A DNA stretch of 63,987 nt, the filler included, from Octopus bimaculoides (taxonomy: Eukaryota), in assembly GCF_001194135.2 (NCBI RefSeq). It is 5 parts of 4 records of this genome, joined end to end, with 100 filler letters (N's around TTAATTAATTAA, not from the genome) between each part and the next. Parts side by side here need not be neighbours in the genome. Positions count along the whole stretch, not along the records: positions 1 to 16,188 come from NC_068999.1; 4 more parts are not named here. One strand, given 5' to 3'. Position numbers and translations under genes: made by a program. Positions 1-14,434 of the stretch are shown here, one piece after another (position 1 is the first letter of the stretch; the number at the start of each line of letters is the position of its first letter). The notes beneath the pieces are model-generated. The model did not search any database. It saw only the letters and a program-made list of their open reading frames with translations, and was not told where the DNA came from.

Positions 1-254
1 ATATATGTATAGACGTCAACACACACGCACAACCTTAAACACCCCTCCACACATACAATATGGCTGAGGGAAACATCTGACTAGATCGCTCGACAAATAC
101 CTACACATATTTGCACCTGCTCACTTTCCTGCGCGTACACACGCAGATGCATCTCTCTCTCTCTCTCTCTCTCTCTGTATATGTCTGTGTGCGCGTACAC
201 ACACACATACACATGTATATATTTGCGTGTGTGTGTGCGTGCGCGTGTGTATAA

Positions 255-308
<54 letters not shown>

Positions 309-710
309 GCATGTATGTATGTATGTATACACTCACATATACGTATATGCGTGCATGCATATACGCATGTGTCTGTCTTTCACTTATTTCAACGTTAAAG
401 TGCACAGGTAATTTAGCTTTTAAAATCCCCGTAAAAAAAACCTTTTCAGTCGCGACAGCTGCCACATCATCCAATAATTACTGCGACAACAACAACAACA
501 ACAACACCAAAAAAGAACTTCTACTACTACTACTACTACTACTACTACCACTGCTGCTGCTGCTACTAGTACTACTACTACGGCGACGACGCAAAGAGCC
601 AAGAATGACGACTCGATGTGGTCTCCATTTGTGAGTGTAATTGCTGCTACTCCACCATTCTTAACACACCTGTGTCATCTTTGAACACAAATGAAATATC
701 AATTAATTCC

Positions 711-905
711 TTTCTAGGCACAAGGCCAGCAATGTCGGGAGGATGACGGACGTCGATTACATCCACCTCAGCGCTCAACTGGTACTTATCTCATCGACCC
801 CAAAAGCACGAAAGACAAAGTCGACTTCGACGGAATTTGAACTCAGAACGTAAAGACGGACGAAATGTCGCTAAGCACTTTGTCCGGTGTGCTAATGATT
901 CTGCC
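711..905 (-). mobile_element. SINE family B
   Basis: Reverse complement of the 58256 family (ctggtacttat, gacaaagtcgac, ggaatttgaactcagaacgtaaagacggacgaaatg). Confidence 0.8.
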
Positions 906-2507
906 TTTAAAAATTTCAATTAATCAAAAACCTCTTTTAGGATCTCTGCATTAAATTTGTTAATCTGCACTTTATTATATGTGCTTGATGCAGATAGCGT
1001 CTCTTAGAAAACTTTCTTAATCCTTATTTTAATTTACTTAATAAGTGAATAATTTGTCAAGCGATGGTGGGGGAACAATTACAGATACACAAATACATAC
1101 ATGTATATATATANNNNNNNNNNNNNNNNNNNNNNNNNNNNNNNNNNNNNNNNNNNNNNNNNNNNNNNNNNNNNNNNNNNNNNNNNNNNNNNNNNNNNNN
1201 NNNNNNNNNNNNNNNNNNNNNNNNNNNNNNNNNNNNNNNNNNNNNNNNNNNNNNNNNNNNNNNNNNNNNNNNNNNNNNNNNNNNNNNNNNNNNNNNNNNN
1301 NNNNNNNNNNNNNNNNNNNNNNNNNNNNNNNNNNNNNNNNNNNNNNNNNNNNNNNNNNNNNNNNNNNNNNNNNNNNNNNNNNNNNNNNNNNNNNNNNNNN
1401 NNNNNNNNNNNNNNNNNNNNNNNNNNNNNNNNNNNNNNNNNNNNNNNNNNNNNNNNNNNNNNNNNNNNNNNNNNNNNNNNNNNNNNNNNNNNNNNNNNNN
1501 NNNNNNNNNNNNNNNNNNNNNNNNNNNNNNNNNNNNNNNNNNNNNNNNNNNNNNNNNNNNNNNNNNNNNNNNNNNNNNNNNNNNNNNNNNNNNNNNNNNN
1601 NNNNNNNNNNNNNNNNNNNNNNNNNNNNNNNNNNNNNNNNNNNNNNNNNNNNNNNNNNNNNNNNNNNNNNNNNNNNNNNNNNNNNNNNNNNNNNNNNNNN
1701 NNNNNNNNNNNNNNNNNNNNNNNNNNNNNNNNNNNNNNNNNNNNNNNNNNNNNNNNNNNNNNNNNNNNNNNNNNNNNNNNNNNNNNNNNNNNNNNNNNNN
1801 NNNNNNNNNNNNNNNNNNNNNNNNNNNNNNNNNNNNNNNNNNNNNNNNNNNNNNNNNNNNNNNNNNNNNNNNNNNNNNNNNNNNNNNNNNNNNNNNNNNN
1901 NNNNNNNNNNNNNNNNNNNNNNNNNNNNNNNNNNNNNNNNNNAATTTCTACTGTTAAAAAAACTTAATAAAGCGGAACAGGTTGTGAAAATATTGATTAA
2001 ATGAATAAAATCCCTGGACACTTCGCCACCACCACCACCACCACCACCACCACCGCCGCCGCCGCCGCCATCATTGACATAACTAATATCATCCCAACGC
2101 CTCTGCTTCCATTTGTCCAACTTCTTTCTTCCTCTCCATCTTTCCATTGTTTCTACATCCATGCCCACCTCCACTCAAGCTCAACAATCTCCTTGTATCT
2201 TTCTGTCTCTCTCTCTCACTTTATCTCATTCACTTTGCTTCCCCAATCAAGCGCACTCATTTCATTCGTCCACCACCGCCGTCGATGCCTTCGTCGTCAC
2301 CGCCGCCATAACTTTGAAAAAAGCAGCTAAAAGGATATACGGACATCTGTATATATAACACGCCGGCAAGCATACACACAGACACATACAGGAAGTACAT
2401 ACATACAGATACACACACACACATTCGCGCTCGTGCATGTGTGTATGTGTGTATCTCTATACACACACACACACACAGACACAGACATACACACACAAAT
2501 ACACACT

Positions 2508-2538
<31 letters not shown>

Positions 2539-2773
2539 AGACACACAGACACAGACACACAGACACACACACACACACACACACAGACACACACACACAC
2601 TCACACACACACAGACACACACACACACACACATACACACACACACACTCGCNNNNNNNNNNNNNNNNNNNNNNNNNNNNNNNNNNNNNNNNNNNNNNNN
2701 NNNNNNNNNNNNNNCAGGTATATTCGCATGCGTAAGTACAACCGCGCAACATGTCAGCCAACGATCATCACAG

Positions 2774-2812
<39 letters not shown>

Positions 2813-2950
2813 AACATACATACGCACACATTCACAGACCATGTGACTTTAATCTCATGTGATGGGATAGCTTCAACAGGTTGAAGTAGAGAGAGAGAGG
2901 GGGAAGGAGAGAGAAAGAGGTGAGTATGAAGGAGGGAGGGAGAGAGAGAG

Positions 2951-2992
<42 letters not shown>

Positions 2993-3587
2993 AGATGAGA
3001 GAAGGAGGTGACTGAGGAGGGAGAGAGAGGAAAGAGAGACAGAGAAAATTTGAGGAGCAATGGTGTGAAGAGATGTTGGTCTATATTGATAGTGATGATG
3101 ATGATAGTGGTAGTGGTGGTGGTAGTGATGATGATCACGTGGCTTAAGTTTATTGAGTTATTATGGAGTAATGGACACACACACACACACACACACACAT
3201 ACGCATACACACACACACACGCACGCATACACACACTCACAGATTCACATCTACGGACAGAGAAACAACTAGTTGTGTATGTGCGTGTGTAAGAGGATGT
3301 GTGTATATATATGTAGGTGCATATTTGTAAATCTATGCATGTGTAGGGATGTGCATATATGTGTGTGTATGTCAGTGTATATATGAGTGAGAATGTGCTT
3401 AGAAATGTGTGTGTGTTTGTGTGTAAGTGTATGCATGTGTATATTTGTGGATGTGTTTTATACGTGTGTGTATAACGGTGTTAATGTGTGTGTGTGTGTG
3501 TGTATTGAGCAGCGCATATGCATGAGTATATATATGAGTTTGTGTGTAATATGTGTATGTATATTATACGTATGTGTGTATGCATGT

Positions 3588-3671
<84 letters not shown>

Positions 3672-5268
3672 ATTTTGAAGTATTGCTGTTGTGAAGCAAT
3701 ATGTGTTCCAACAAACATTTGTGACTGACTAAGAAGTATGGCTGAATGGTTAAAAGTTTGTTTCACATGCACAAGCACCCAGGTTCGATCTCATTCGGGG
3801 GTATCTTCTGTGCGCGCATTGTTGATAATTATCCAGGGAGCCGTGCCTAAAGGCGTCACACACACACACATATATATTATATATATAAAATATATATATT
3901 ATATACATTTATATACGTATGTGTGTATGTGCATGTGTGTGTGTGTGTGCGTGTGTTCAAGTAATTTTTATCTACTGATTGTCTACGAGCTACAGTCATA
4001 GTGGGGCACATCACCTTCAAGTCTCGAAGTCCATCCCTTGACCAAGTTTGGGTACATGAGGCTGATGACATTATAAGACAAGGAAGGTAGCTTCTTGAGC
4101 AACATTTCTTGTCTGATAACCTAAAATTCATGCCCACAGTAAGCGCACGTATCATCAGATGAAAGGACGAACATATATCAGCAGAAGACCATGAATAGAC
4201 ATGTTAGTAGAAAGCCCCGAGATAATTATCAAAGCAGTCTATCATGGACCAACAACCGGATTACTATCTCCCACTTTTAGGGGTTTGCGTTTGCAATCCA
4301 GGAGCAAGAAATATCTTGTTATGCGGCCAGAAGCATGAAGTTAAGATGACTCAACTTGTTGTTAATTTCAAACACACTTTCACACACTTGATACTTTTCG
4401 TACAGGTTGTATTTATTTATATAAATTAATTGATTGATTCCAGAATAGCATTGCTTAAAGTTTCGCTGGAATGATCGTTCGGTCGCTTGTTTCTGAGTAG
4501 CAAGACGTTCACCACTTCTACGTGAATCTGGTTTCGTTGGCTGGAGAGTAAGGATCGTTCATATAATCTACTTTGAATCACATGATGGAATGAATATCTG
4601 TCAGCAGATGGTGGTTGATGCTAACTACTGAGCGATACTTGGTAGGCTTGCTCTCGATCGATGACAAGCGACTTGTGGGTGGTGTGCCGAAACAGTCGCC
4701 CCTTGTGGTCAGCAGCTCCATTATAATGTTTATGAAGAACTAATAAAATCATTAAGTAGTGTTTAACGCCACTTAAACGCAGCTATTCCCTACAAACCGA
4801 CGACACTGCCATTTTAACCTCCAGGAGGACACCTCCTCCAACTGGTTATGCACTCGATATATATATATTGCAAGCAGGAAAAGAACTCCCTACCGAGACC
4901 AGCAGACCGTACGATTATATAAAGAATTATCAGGCTTCGGTAACTGTCTTGGAGAATTTATTTCTGTTGTCAGTAAAACGACATTTCGGTCCTTTTGTAA
5001 AGAAAAGTAGTGAACTGTTAGTATTGAGGGTTGAGGTCTTTCACTGGTCACGGGTGTAAGATTAACCTGGTAGGCTCCATTCTCCACGTGTTCAAGGAAA
5101 GATTCTTCAGCCCATTCCCTTCCACTCACCAGCACCATTTTGCTACTCACACGCGGCTTAACTTCCCTGCTTTTGTCGTCCGCTTTTCAACTTGAATTTA
5201 GCAGAATTCTTTGGTCACGTTGTCTCACCTCTTCTTGTTATTCTATCAAGAATAACACACACACACGC

Positions 5269-5307
<39 letters not shown>

Positions 5308-5569
5308 CGTACGTACGTACATACATGCATATAGACATTCACACATGATTATATATATATATATATATATATACATAACCCTAACGCCTAATATTAGGTA
5401 TATACATATATGTATGTATACGTACACAAGTATTTACGTAGATATATACGTAGATGTAATATATATATATATAAGTACATATATATGCGCGCACACACAC
5501 ACACACACACGTACGCACCCCCCCACACACACATACACACACACACACACGTACACATACACTCGTACA

Positions 5570-5609
<40 letters not shown>

Positions 5610-7274
5610 TTGAGTGTGTGTATGTTCAGCTGTAGAAATGAAATTTAAATCGTTGCTTGGTAAGGCTGAGTAATAAGATGTGACATTACGTTTAACTGAG
5701 CTAATGGAGCTTGACAACAGAAGGAATCTAACAACGGCGACGACAACAACAACGAGAACAACGACGACAAAAGCACTATCAATGAACTACCACAATATCA
5801 GTTACAACTGCAACAAGATTTTGGGTAGTTCAATCATTGAGCTCAGATGAAGCGCCACCACCACCGCCGCCACCCCACCCGACCCCACTTCCATCACCAC
5901 TACCGCCACCACAACAACAACAACAACCCCNNNNNNNNNNNNNNNNNNNNNNNNNNNNNNNNNNNNNNNNNNNNNNNNNNNNNNNNNNNNNNNNNNNNNN
6001 NNNNNNNNNNNNNNNNNNNNNNNNNNNNNNNNNNNNNNNNNNNNNNNNNNNNNNNNNNNNNNNNNNNNNNNNNNNNNNNNNNNNNNNNNNNNNNNNNNNN
6101 NNNNNNNNNNNNNNNNNNNNNNNNNNNNNNNNNNNNNNNNNNNNNNNNNNNNNNNNNNNNNNNNNNNNNNNNNNNNNNNNNNNNNNNNNNNNNNNNNNNN
6201 NNNNNNNNNNNNNNNNNNNNNNNNNNNNNNNNNNNNNNNNNNNNNNNNNNNNNNNNNNNNNNNNNNNNNNNNNNNNNNNNNNNCACCACCACCACCACCA
6301 CCACCACAACCACCACCGCCGCCACCACCGTCATCATAATCACTATCATCATCCTCACCATTACAATCACATCTATAAGCAACCCTACCATTACCACTAC
6401 CGTCTCCAACACCAACGTCTCTCGCCACTCCTATGATGACCATCCCACCATTATAACACTTTTAGTCTCTGTGAATAAAGAGCACATCTGTACTTAACTT
6501 CATATTCACTTCACTGTCTGGAAACGAGGCCTGAAGCAGGTGTCTGTCTGTTTGTCTGTGGAAGACTTTTATGACTGTAGGCAGTGGGAACAATACAGAA
6601 TTGACAAGTGTTTCGTTAACTGGCCAAAGCTGAAGTGAATTTAATGCAAATGAAGTTTAAGAGAAACTTTGCTCTTTTGAAAAAATCGATTTCTCGTTAT
6701 AGCACAAGGTTACAACACTGCAGGGAAGTGGACAATCGATTAAATACACCACAGTAAATTGTATTTATTTATTTATATATTCTGTGTATCGATCTTTAAA
6801 AACTATGAACAACAAGGTCAAGTCGGCCTCTGCAGGGTTTGAACGTAAGACCTTCAGGGATAGGGCTAATGAAGATTTTATTTAGAGTTTTTATTGCCGC
6901 ATTTTTTTGTCGTCTCTGCCACCCCACAACACAAATTTATAGATCGTTGTTGTTTAGCCGCCATCCACGTCAATGTAGGTGGAGTAGACACATTTATTAT
7001 CAAAGGCGTTCCAGTCATGACAACCACATCTGTTCCTCTATGTCGTGAGAACTAGAAGCTCCGATACCCACATGACCCCTTTTTTTGAAGTTTGGTTCCT
7101 ATTCTATCGGCATTTATTTTTAAATGTTCCCACTAAAAGATACAAGGACGCAAACAAACCAACAACGGTTGAAAACTATTGAGAGATAAATACAAACATA
7201 AAAACTCACGCATACACACATACCCATACACACATACCCATACACACATACATATACAGAAACACACACATGTA

Positions 7275-7430
7275 GACAACAGGCTTCGACGCAGTTTCCG
7301 TTTACCACATTCACTCAAGGCATTGGTCGGTCTGGAACTATAATAGAAGACACTGTGGCCCAAAGTGCCGCGGTGGGACTGAACCGGAAACCCATGCAGT
7401 TGCGAAGTGCATTTATCAACCACACAGCAA
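7275..7430 (-). mobile_element. SINE family A, 5' half
   Basis: Diverged reverse complement of the family A head (gtgggactgaacc, gaagacac, cagtttccgt), flanked by a (CA)/(TA) tract. Confidence 0.75.
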
Positions 7431-8059
7431 TGCCTGCGCCTGTATGATAACAGGGTGATTTGGCTGCTATTTCTGACCATGTATAGGTACGCTTCTCGGC
7501 TTGATAGCGTAGAGGTAACAGCAGCAGCAGTAGCAGCAACAGCATGGGCAGTAGTTGCAGTGGTAATAGTAGTAGTAGTGGTGGTGGTGGTGGTAGTAGT
7601 AGTTGTTGTTTAGCCCCAAGTCAGTAGATAACTGAGACGTTGCTCTTGTTCAATAAGCAGACATCTTAGACTGATCAGATGTAAATCCATTCTAGCGATT
7701 GCAATTAAATCGTTCCAGAACTCACCCCGCCCCGACATTCTGGTCCAATGGGAAGACGCTAACATTCCTCTTGGGAAGAGGATATACTCTCATGGCTTCT
7801 GATTCTTCAGAAGTTAGTCGTTCTGCAGCAACTTCACTTAGACGCTCCAACACGTATATCCACTTCCCACTCTACACTTGATATTACCCCTCCTCCCCAG
7901 TACATCGGCTCCTTGTACCCCCCACCCCTGTAGGCAGGAGTTTTCCCTTTAGCCGTCCAATTACAAACGTTCAACATTTACATTAACTACGATATTACCT
8001 TCCGTCTTTTGAGGGTTTTCAAGGGCTATGGGCCCTGCCACACCTTCCAGATCGACCCT

Positions 8060-8360
8060 GTTATATGAATGGTACTCTATTTTATTGACTCTGAAAGGAC
8101 GAAAAGCAAATTCGACCTCGGGCAGAATTTGAACTCACAATATAGAGAGCCGTAACTAAACACTGTACGACATATTGTTCGACGCAACAAGTCGATGGTG
8201 GTAGAGTCGTTAGAGTATCGGGCAAAATAACTTTGTGGTGTTTGTTCCCGGTCTTCGTTTTCTGAGTTCAACCTAAGCAGTGGTCAACTTTGCCTTTAAT
8301 CCTTCTTCGGTCGAAAAATAAAGTACCGGTCAAGTACTGGGGTCAATTCAATCGATTGCA
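8060..8360. mobile_element. Two diverged SINE family B copies, head-to-head (about 8060-8175 minus, about 8195-8360 plus)
   Basis: gcagaatttgaactcac on the minus copy and ctgagttcaac..ggtcgaaaaataaagtaccgg..ggggtcaattcaatcga on the plus copy. Confidence 0.6.
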
Positions 8361-8517
8361 GATCAATGTCAACATGTAATGGACAAGCAGGGTGCAGCAG
8401 AGGCCCCAAATTCGTTGCCCGATCGTGGGGCAGCAACGCTAGTGAAGCTACGCAATGATCACAGTACGTTCCCATCATGTGGCTATCAGGTAATACCATA
8501 CATTACTGCCAACACAG

Positions 8518-8586
<69 letters not shown>

Positions 8587-9003
8587 ACGCACACACACAC
8601 ACACACACATTCACTCATACACACACTCATACACACACTAAAACTGGATGCCATTAAAAAGCACAACGCAAAAACGCAATAAAAAAGCATCTTGTTCGAC
8701 ATAATAAGATTAATAAAGAAATTATGATGGGAGAAACTGGAAGAAAATGAAGGGAAAGCGCTGATTAATTAAATAAAATGTCTTAAAGATGTTCTTCATA
8801 TTGAAGAGAATTCCTTCTGTTCGACCTCTCACACCACCATTTTACATTCTGACATAATCATTTCAGCTCTGAAAAATAAAACATTCTGTACTATGTCTGT
8901 CTGTGTGTCTTGATCTGTCTCTCTGTCTGTTTTACTACACATCTGTCTATCAAGCTATATTCAGAAAGATACATACATGCATACATAGAGAGAGAGAGAG
9001 AGG

Positions 9004-9037
<34 letters not shown>

Positions 9038-9042
9038 GAGAG

Positions 9043-9079
<37 letters not shown>

Positions 9080-9254
9080 CATGCACATGCACATACATGT
9101 ATATATACGTGTATATATAGTACATATATATACATATATACATATACACATATATACATACACACACACACATATATATGTGTGTGTCTGTGTGTCTTTG
9201 TGTGCTCGTGCGTTTTTNNNNNNNNNNTTTGTGTGCTCGTGCGTTTTTTTGTTT

Positions 9255-9292
<38 letters not shown>

Positions 9293-10298
9293 TTGATGCT
9301 GAGTCTGAATGAGTCACTCGTTAGTGTTTCTCATTCATTTCGCATCTTCAGGCAAAGAGAAACTTCGCTAACAACTCGAGTCATCTCCGTTTGAAATACA
9401 CCAGACACGTTATTCCACTTCATCCAGCAGCACTGACAAGCGTTCTCTTGTGTTTGGTTTATTTGCGTTTCACACCATCGTGAAGTCGCCATCCACTTTA
9501 CTCGTACATACATACATACAGACATACATGTGTGTATGTGTGTATAAATGTGTGCGTGTGTGTGTGTCTGTGTGTGTGTGTGTGTGTATCTGTGTGTGTG
9601 TGTGTGTCTCTGTGTGTGTATGTGTCCTGGTATAATTCTAAACTGCCCCTGCTGGTGGGAGTCTAGTTATGGAGTTCCAGGGCTCTGAGGCGTGTGGAAT
9701 CCAAACTTTGTTACTATAGTTCCCCAGCCTACTCCGACCTGGAGTAATAGCGCCTGGTCGAGTCCCAGCTAAGGGTTAGCTAATAGATATGATGACAATC
9801 TGTCTGAGCGTGTGGACACAGAAATACTGTTTATTGGTGCTAAGGGCAGTGAGAGGCTCTTGGCTGTTGTCCTTGCTTCCTTCTGAAAGAGGGTCACTCT
9901 GATGCAAAAAAAAAAACCAAAAAAAAACCTGCAGTGATTCCTGGTATCTCACTGTCACTACGTGCCAATCACTGAAACTCAGAATGTTGCACTCGTGTTG
10001 TTCAAGTGTCTCACTTTTAATCGAATTATGTTCAGTTGCTCCGAGTCGATGCTTTCGTAATTCCATCAACTGAAGGTCTTTTGGCGATGGAAAAATGGCG
10101 ACGTGTTCGAACAAACCAGTTGGAAGTGTACAGTAAGTTACAACTTTCGTCTGTCTCCTACACTGAAAACCAGGCAGATCTGGAACGAGACTGAATGGTC
10201 GTCTGAGAGGTCATGGACGGAAAATCAAAAATGTTATTGACAGCGAGGAAGCACAAGCAGACGACAATCATCTGTGATGATGAAACAATCATCAAATA

Positions 10299-10548
10299 TA
10301 CCTACCTACCTACCTACCTACCTACTTACCTACCTACCTACCTACCTACCTACTTACCTACCTACCTACCTACNNNNNNNNNNNNNNNNNNNNNNNNNNN
10401 NNNNNNNNNNNNNNNNNNNNNNNNNACCTACCGCCCTACCTACCTACCTACCTACCTACCTACCTACTTACCTACCTACCTACCTACCTACCTACCTACC
10501 TACCTACCTACTTACCTACCTACCTACCTACCTACCTACCTACCTACC
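10299..10548. repeat. (CCTA)n tetranucleotide microsatellite spanning a gap
   Basis: Directly visible. Confidence 0.95.
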
Positions 10549-11813
10549 CACATACATAAATACATATACGACTAAATTTTTCGTTTATGGTATAACAGCT
10601 GTTTTTATTAATCTTTTTTGCATACACATTAACAATCTGGTCCGCACACTCTATTCATAACGCAGAGCCGTGTCGGCTGGCAGAGGGAGCAGGTGCCACA
10701 GCATGGAGTCTTCCGACATACTCCCCCAATCCCCTAACGGAAAATCACACCCCTCCACAGGCCGCACTTGCTCCGCTGCGAACAACAGCCACATCACAAC
10801 CCGCAAGGGGGCCGACCTCCGTGAGTCCCCGATGGCCGATCAGGTCTGCACGACCCAAGCCCCCCCNNNNNNNNNNNNNNNNNNNNNNNNNNNNNNNNNN
10901 NNNNNNNNNNNNNNNNNNNNNNNNNNNNNNNNNNNNNNNNNNNNNNNNNNNNNNNNNNNNNNNNNNNNNNNNNNNNNNNNNNNNNNNNNNNNNNNNNNNN
11001 NNNNNNNNNNNNNNNNNNNNNNNNNNNNNNNNNNNNNNNNNNNNNNNNNNNNNNNNNNNNNNNNNNNNNNNNNNNNNNNNNNNNNNNNNNNNNNNNNNNN
11101 NNNNNNNNNNNNNNNNNNNNNNNNNNNNNNNNNNNNNNNNNNNNNNNNNNNNNNNNNNNNNNNNNNNGTGCAACTCTAGGGCAGTCCCTGAACCCCACAT
11201 TGGGTTAATGTGCCGGCCTCCTACCATCCCACAACCCACCACACGAAAGTTGCTCAGTACGTCTTCCATTACCCACTCTCACCAGACGTCCACCCCCACC
11301 CCAAACGACCCCGTAGAACTATCGACTCCACACCTCCACCACGACCACCTTTGCCAAGCATCCCCACATCACCGATTGCTACCCTCCAACCTATCTCAAG
11401 ACAACACTGACGATAACGTTCCAAATGTCCTAAATTCCCCCACGACAAACAACCCGTGCCTCATCTCCATATAGCAACAATGGCAAAACACATGTCACGA
11501 ACCCCAACTCCAGTTTGGAGAGGCACACCATAGCGCGATTAGAGTCGCCCGCCAAATCCACGAAAGGCACCACCAGCCCTGCTGATTCTATACGAAGTTT
11601 CACCACCAAGGCCGTAGTGCTCAAAGCCCCTCCTGAACAAATGAATACAGTTACAACTTCTAGCCTCTGTCCACGCACAGTTATAGAAGGTACTATATAA
11701 AACCCGTGGGGTGGGGGGTGGGGGGCAGGGTGGTACACCAGAACATGATACAGACACACACATATATATGTATAGATAGATAGATATATAAATACATATT
11801 CACACAAATATGC

Positions 11814-11853
<40 letters not shown>

Positions 11854-12272
11854 NNNNNNNNNNNNNNNNNNNNNNNNNNNNNNNNNNNNNNNNNNNNNNN
11901 NNNNNNNNNNNNNNNNNNNNNNNNNNNNNNNNNNNNNNNNNNNNNNNNNNNNNNNNNNNNNNNNNNNNNNNNNNNNNNNNNNNNNNNNNNNNNNNNNNNN
12001 NNNNNNNNNNNNNNNNNNNNNNNNNNNNNNNNNNNNNNNNNNNNNNNNNNNNNNNNNNNNNNNNNNNNNNNNNNNNNNNNNNNNNNNNNNNNNNNNNNNN
12101 NNNNNNNNNNNNNNNNNNNNNNNNNNNNNNNNNNACTTGCGAAGTCTGGAAAGATGGAAATAAATGAAATAAAATAAAATGAAATAAAATAAAATAAAAT
12201 AAAATAAAAATGTATGATGTCGTGAAACGAACTCAACATGTGGAAATACACAACTAATGTCAAAGTGATTTT

Positions 12273-12319
<47 letters not shown>

Positions 12320-13107
12320 CTGTCTTTTCTTTCTCTCCCACTCCCTCTCTTCTTCCAGTCATATGGAAGCTTCCAGATCATTGTTGAACCTGCTTAAAAA
12401 ACCAATCAGACGAGAGCTAACGTGGGAGACTCTATATGGTCACTGGCTCTGTTAGACAAAGCAGCTAAATATCGTTTAAATCACACCCTAACATTTTAGG
12501 AAAGGACACGTTCGATAAGCAAAGGAAACTGGACATTATAGAACTGGTTGGTACACTTTTGTTCATAGGTCTGCTCAATCAGAGTAAACCTTGGGCCATA
12601 CAACAACGGCAACAACAACAACCAAATACCTACCAACCAGCCAACCAACCAACCAAATACCAACCACTGAATGGCTTTCTCTATGGTTACTGACTCTGCT
12701 AAAACAAAAAAAACTAGTTAAATGTCCATAAAATTATTGTCTTATCTAAATTTAAGAGAAACCAAGACGGGGATGAATGAAACCAATGAGCGTACCAGGC
12801 AAGAGTCTGCAGTTTTATCAAACGATTAGTAAATAATTTATGCACCGAGAGAACTTTAGACAGGAGAAACATTTTGAATAAGGGGATCATAGACAGTTAA
12901 TGTCTCAAAACCTCAACGCAAGGACAGGACAGGATGAGTGATCACAATTGGAAGGTCTTTAATCATATGCTTTCAACTACAGCACGAAAAATAGTAACAA
13001 AAACAACAACAACAACTGCAACCAATCATATCCAGGTTAAGGATTACACCAACACATGACCACTTGATTTGCTGAAATAAACAATGAAATCTTGCTCAAA
13101 TCATCTC

Positions 13108-13474
13108 CATGGTCCCGGGTTCAGTCCCACTGCGTGGCATCTTGGGCAAGTGTCTTCTACTATAGCCTCGGGCCGACCAAAGCCTTGTGAGTGGATTTGG
13201 TAGACGGAAACTGAAAGAAGCCCGTCGTATATATGTATATATGTATGTATGTGTGCATGTGTTTGTGTGTCTGTGTTTGTCCCCCCCCCCAACATCGCTT
13301 GATAACCAATGCTGGTGTGTTTATATCCCCGTAACTTAGCGATTCGGCAAGAAGTGACCGATAGAATAAGTACTAGGCAGGCTTCTAAAGAATAAGTCCT
13401 GGGGTCGATTTGCTCGACTAAAGGTGGTGCTCCAGCATGGCCACAGTCAAAAGACTGAAACAAGTAAAAGAGTA
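13108..13474 (+). mobile_element. tRNA-derived SINE family A, nearly complete copy with internal (TA/TG)n microsatellite
   Basis: It has a B-box-like GGTTCAGTCCC, then cttgggcaagtgtcttctactatagcc and gaaagaagcccgtcg, followed by a (TA)/(TG) tract and a 3' module ending aagtaaaagagtaa. Many related copies occur in the window. Confidence 0.85.
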
Positions 13475-13873
13475 ATTAACACAGAAGGCAAAGAAAGCAC
13501 TGGGTATTGCGTTCTTAGGTGCAATGTTTGACGAACGACCAATAAAGGCGGGATGGGCACGGCCAGAATGCCGTTAATGTATAAATTAGTATAATCGGGG
13601 TTGGTCTGGATTAAACAATAGCAACCGACAGCCAGCCAATTGAACAACCAATTAACCAGCAATAGAGAAAATGCTGTACACGGAAATTGTACGGAAACCT
13701 GTCCGAATAACTCACTCATGCAGACCAGAATACAACTAGGACTTTACTCCAAACTCCAGAAGACTATTACAACACACCAGTCTCCTACCACAATAGACTA
13801 TTTCTGCAACAAATCAGAACCTTTCTACTGCCAACACAATTTTAAGAATATGGCTCTCTCACACTTCTCCCAG

Positions 13874-13980
13874 ACAAACATATGAACCAAAAACAGAAAT
13901 AACAGCAGAATTAACATCAATGATGGTTCTATTAGTTTCTTTTACGATGTTGTGGAATCTCTTTGACCAGATAAATGCTG
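13874..13980 (+). CDS. Candidate exon with a signal-peptide-like segment
   Basis: The acceptor is ctctctcacacttctcccag| and the donor is CTG|GTGAGG. A single frame is open, QTYEPKTEITAELTSMMVLLVSFTMLWNLFDQINA-G, ending in phase 1. I recognise no homology. Confidence 0.25.
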
Positions 13981-14399
13981 GTGAGGAAGAGCAATTTTTA
14001 TCAATCTCCATGGGACGAAATGCAAAGTTGACTNNNNNNNNNNNNNNNNNNNNNNNNNNNNNNNNNNNNNNNNNNNNNNNNNNNNNNNNNNNNNNNNNNN
14101 NNNNNNNNNNNNNNNNNNNNNNNNNNNNNNNNNNNNNNNNNNNNNNNNNNNNNNNNNNNNNNNNNNNNNNNNNNNNNNNNNNNNNNNNNNNNNNNNNNNN
14201 NNNNNNNNNNNNNNNNNNNNNNNNNNNNNNNNNNNNNNNNNNNNNNNNNNNNNNNNNNNNNNNNNNNNNNNNNNNNNNNNNNNNNNNNNNNNNNNNNNNN
14301 NNNNNNNNNNNNNNNNNNNNNNNNNNNNNNNNNNNNNNNNNNNNNNNNNNNNNNNNNNNNNNNNNNNNNNNNNNNNNNNNNNNNNNNNNNNNNNNNNNN

Positions 14400-14434
<35 letters not shown>

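Noticed and set aside
4660-4705. gcgact..gccgaaacagtcgc hammerhead-like hairpin
   Set aside because: The CUGANGA core is absent and helix II and the cleavage triplet cannot be assigned.
81-5717. Many ORFs rich in HT, CV, YI or RE dipeptides (also throughout the window)
   Set aside because: They are translations of (CA)n, (TG)n, (TA)n and (GA)n microsatellites, or ORFs bridged by N runs.
10200-10226. CTGAGAG-GTC-ATG-GAC-GGAAA hammerhead-like motif
   Set aside because: N7 is missing, there is an extra G before GAAA, and helices I and III are absent.
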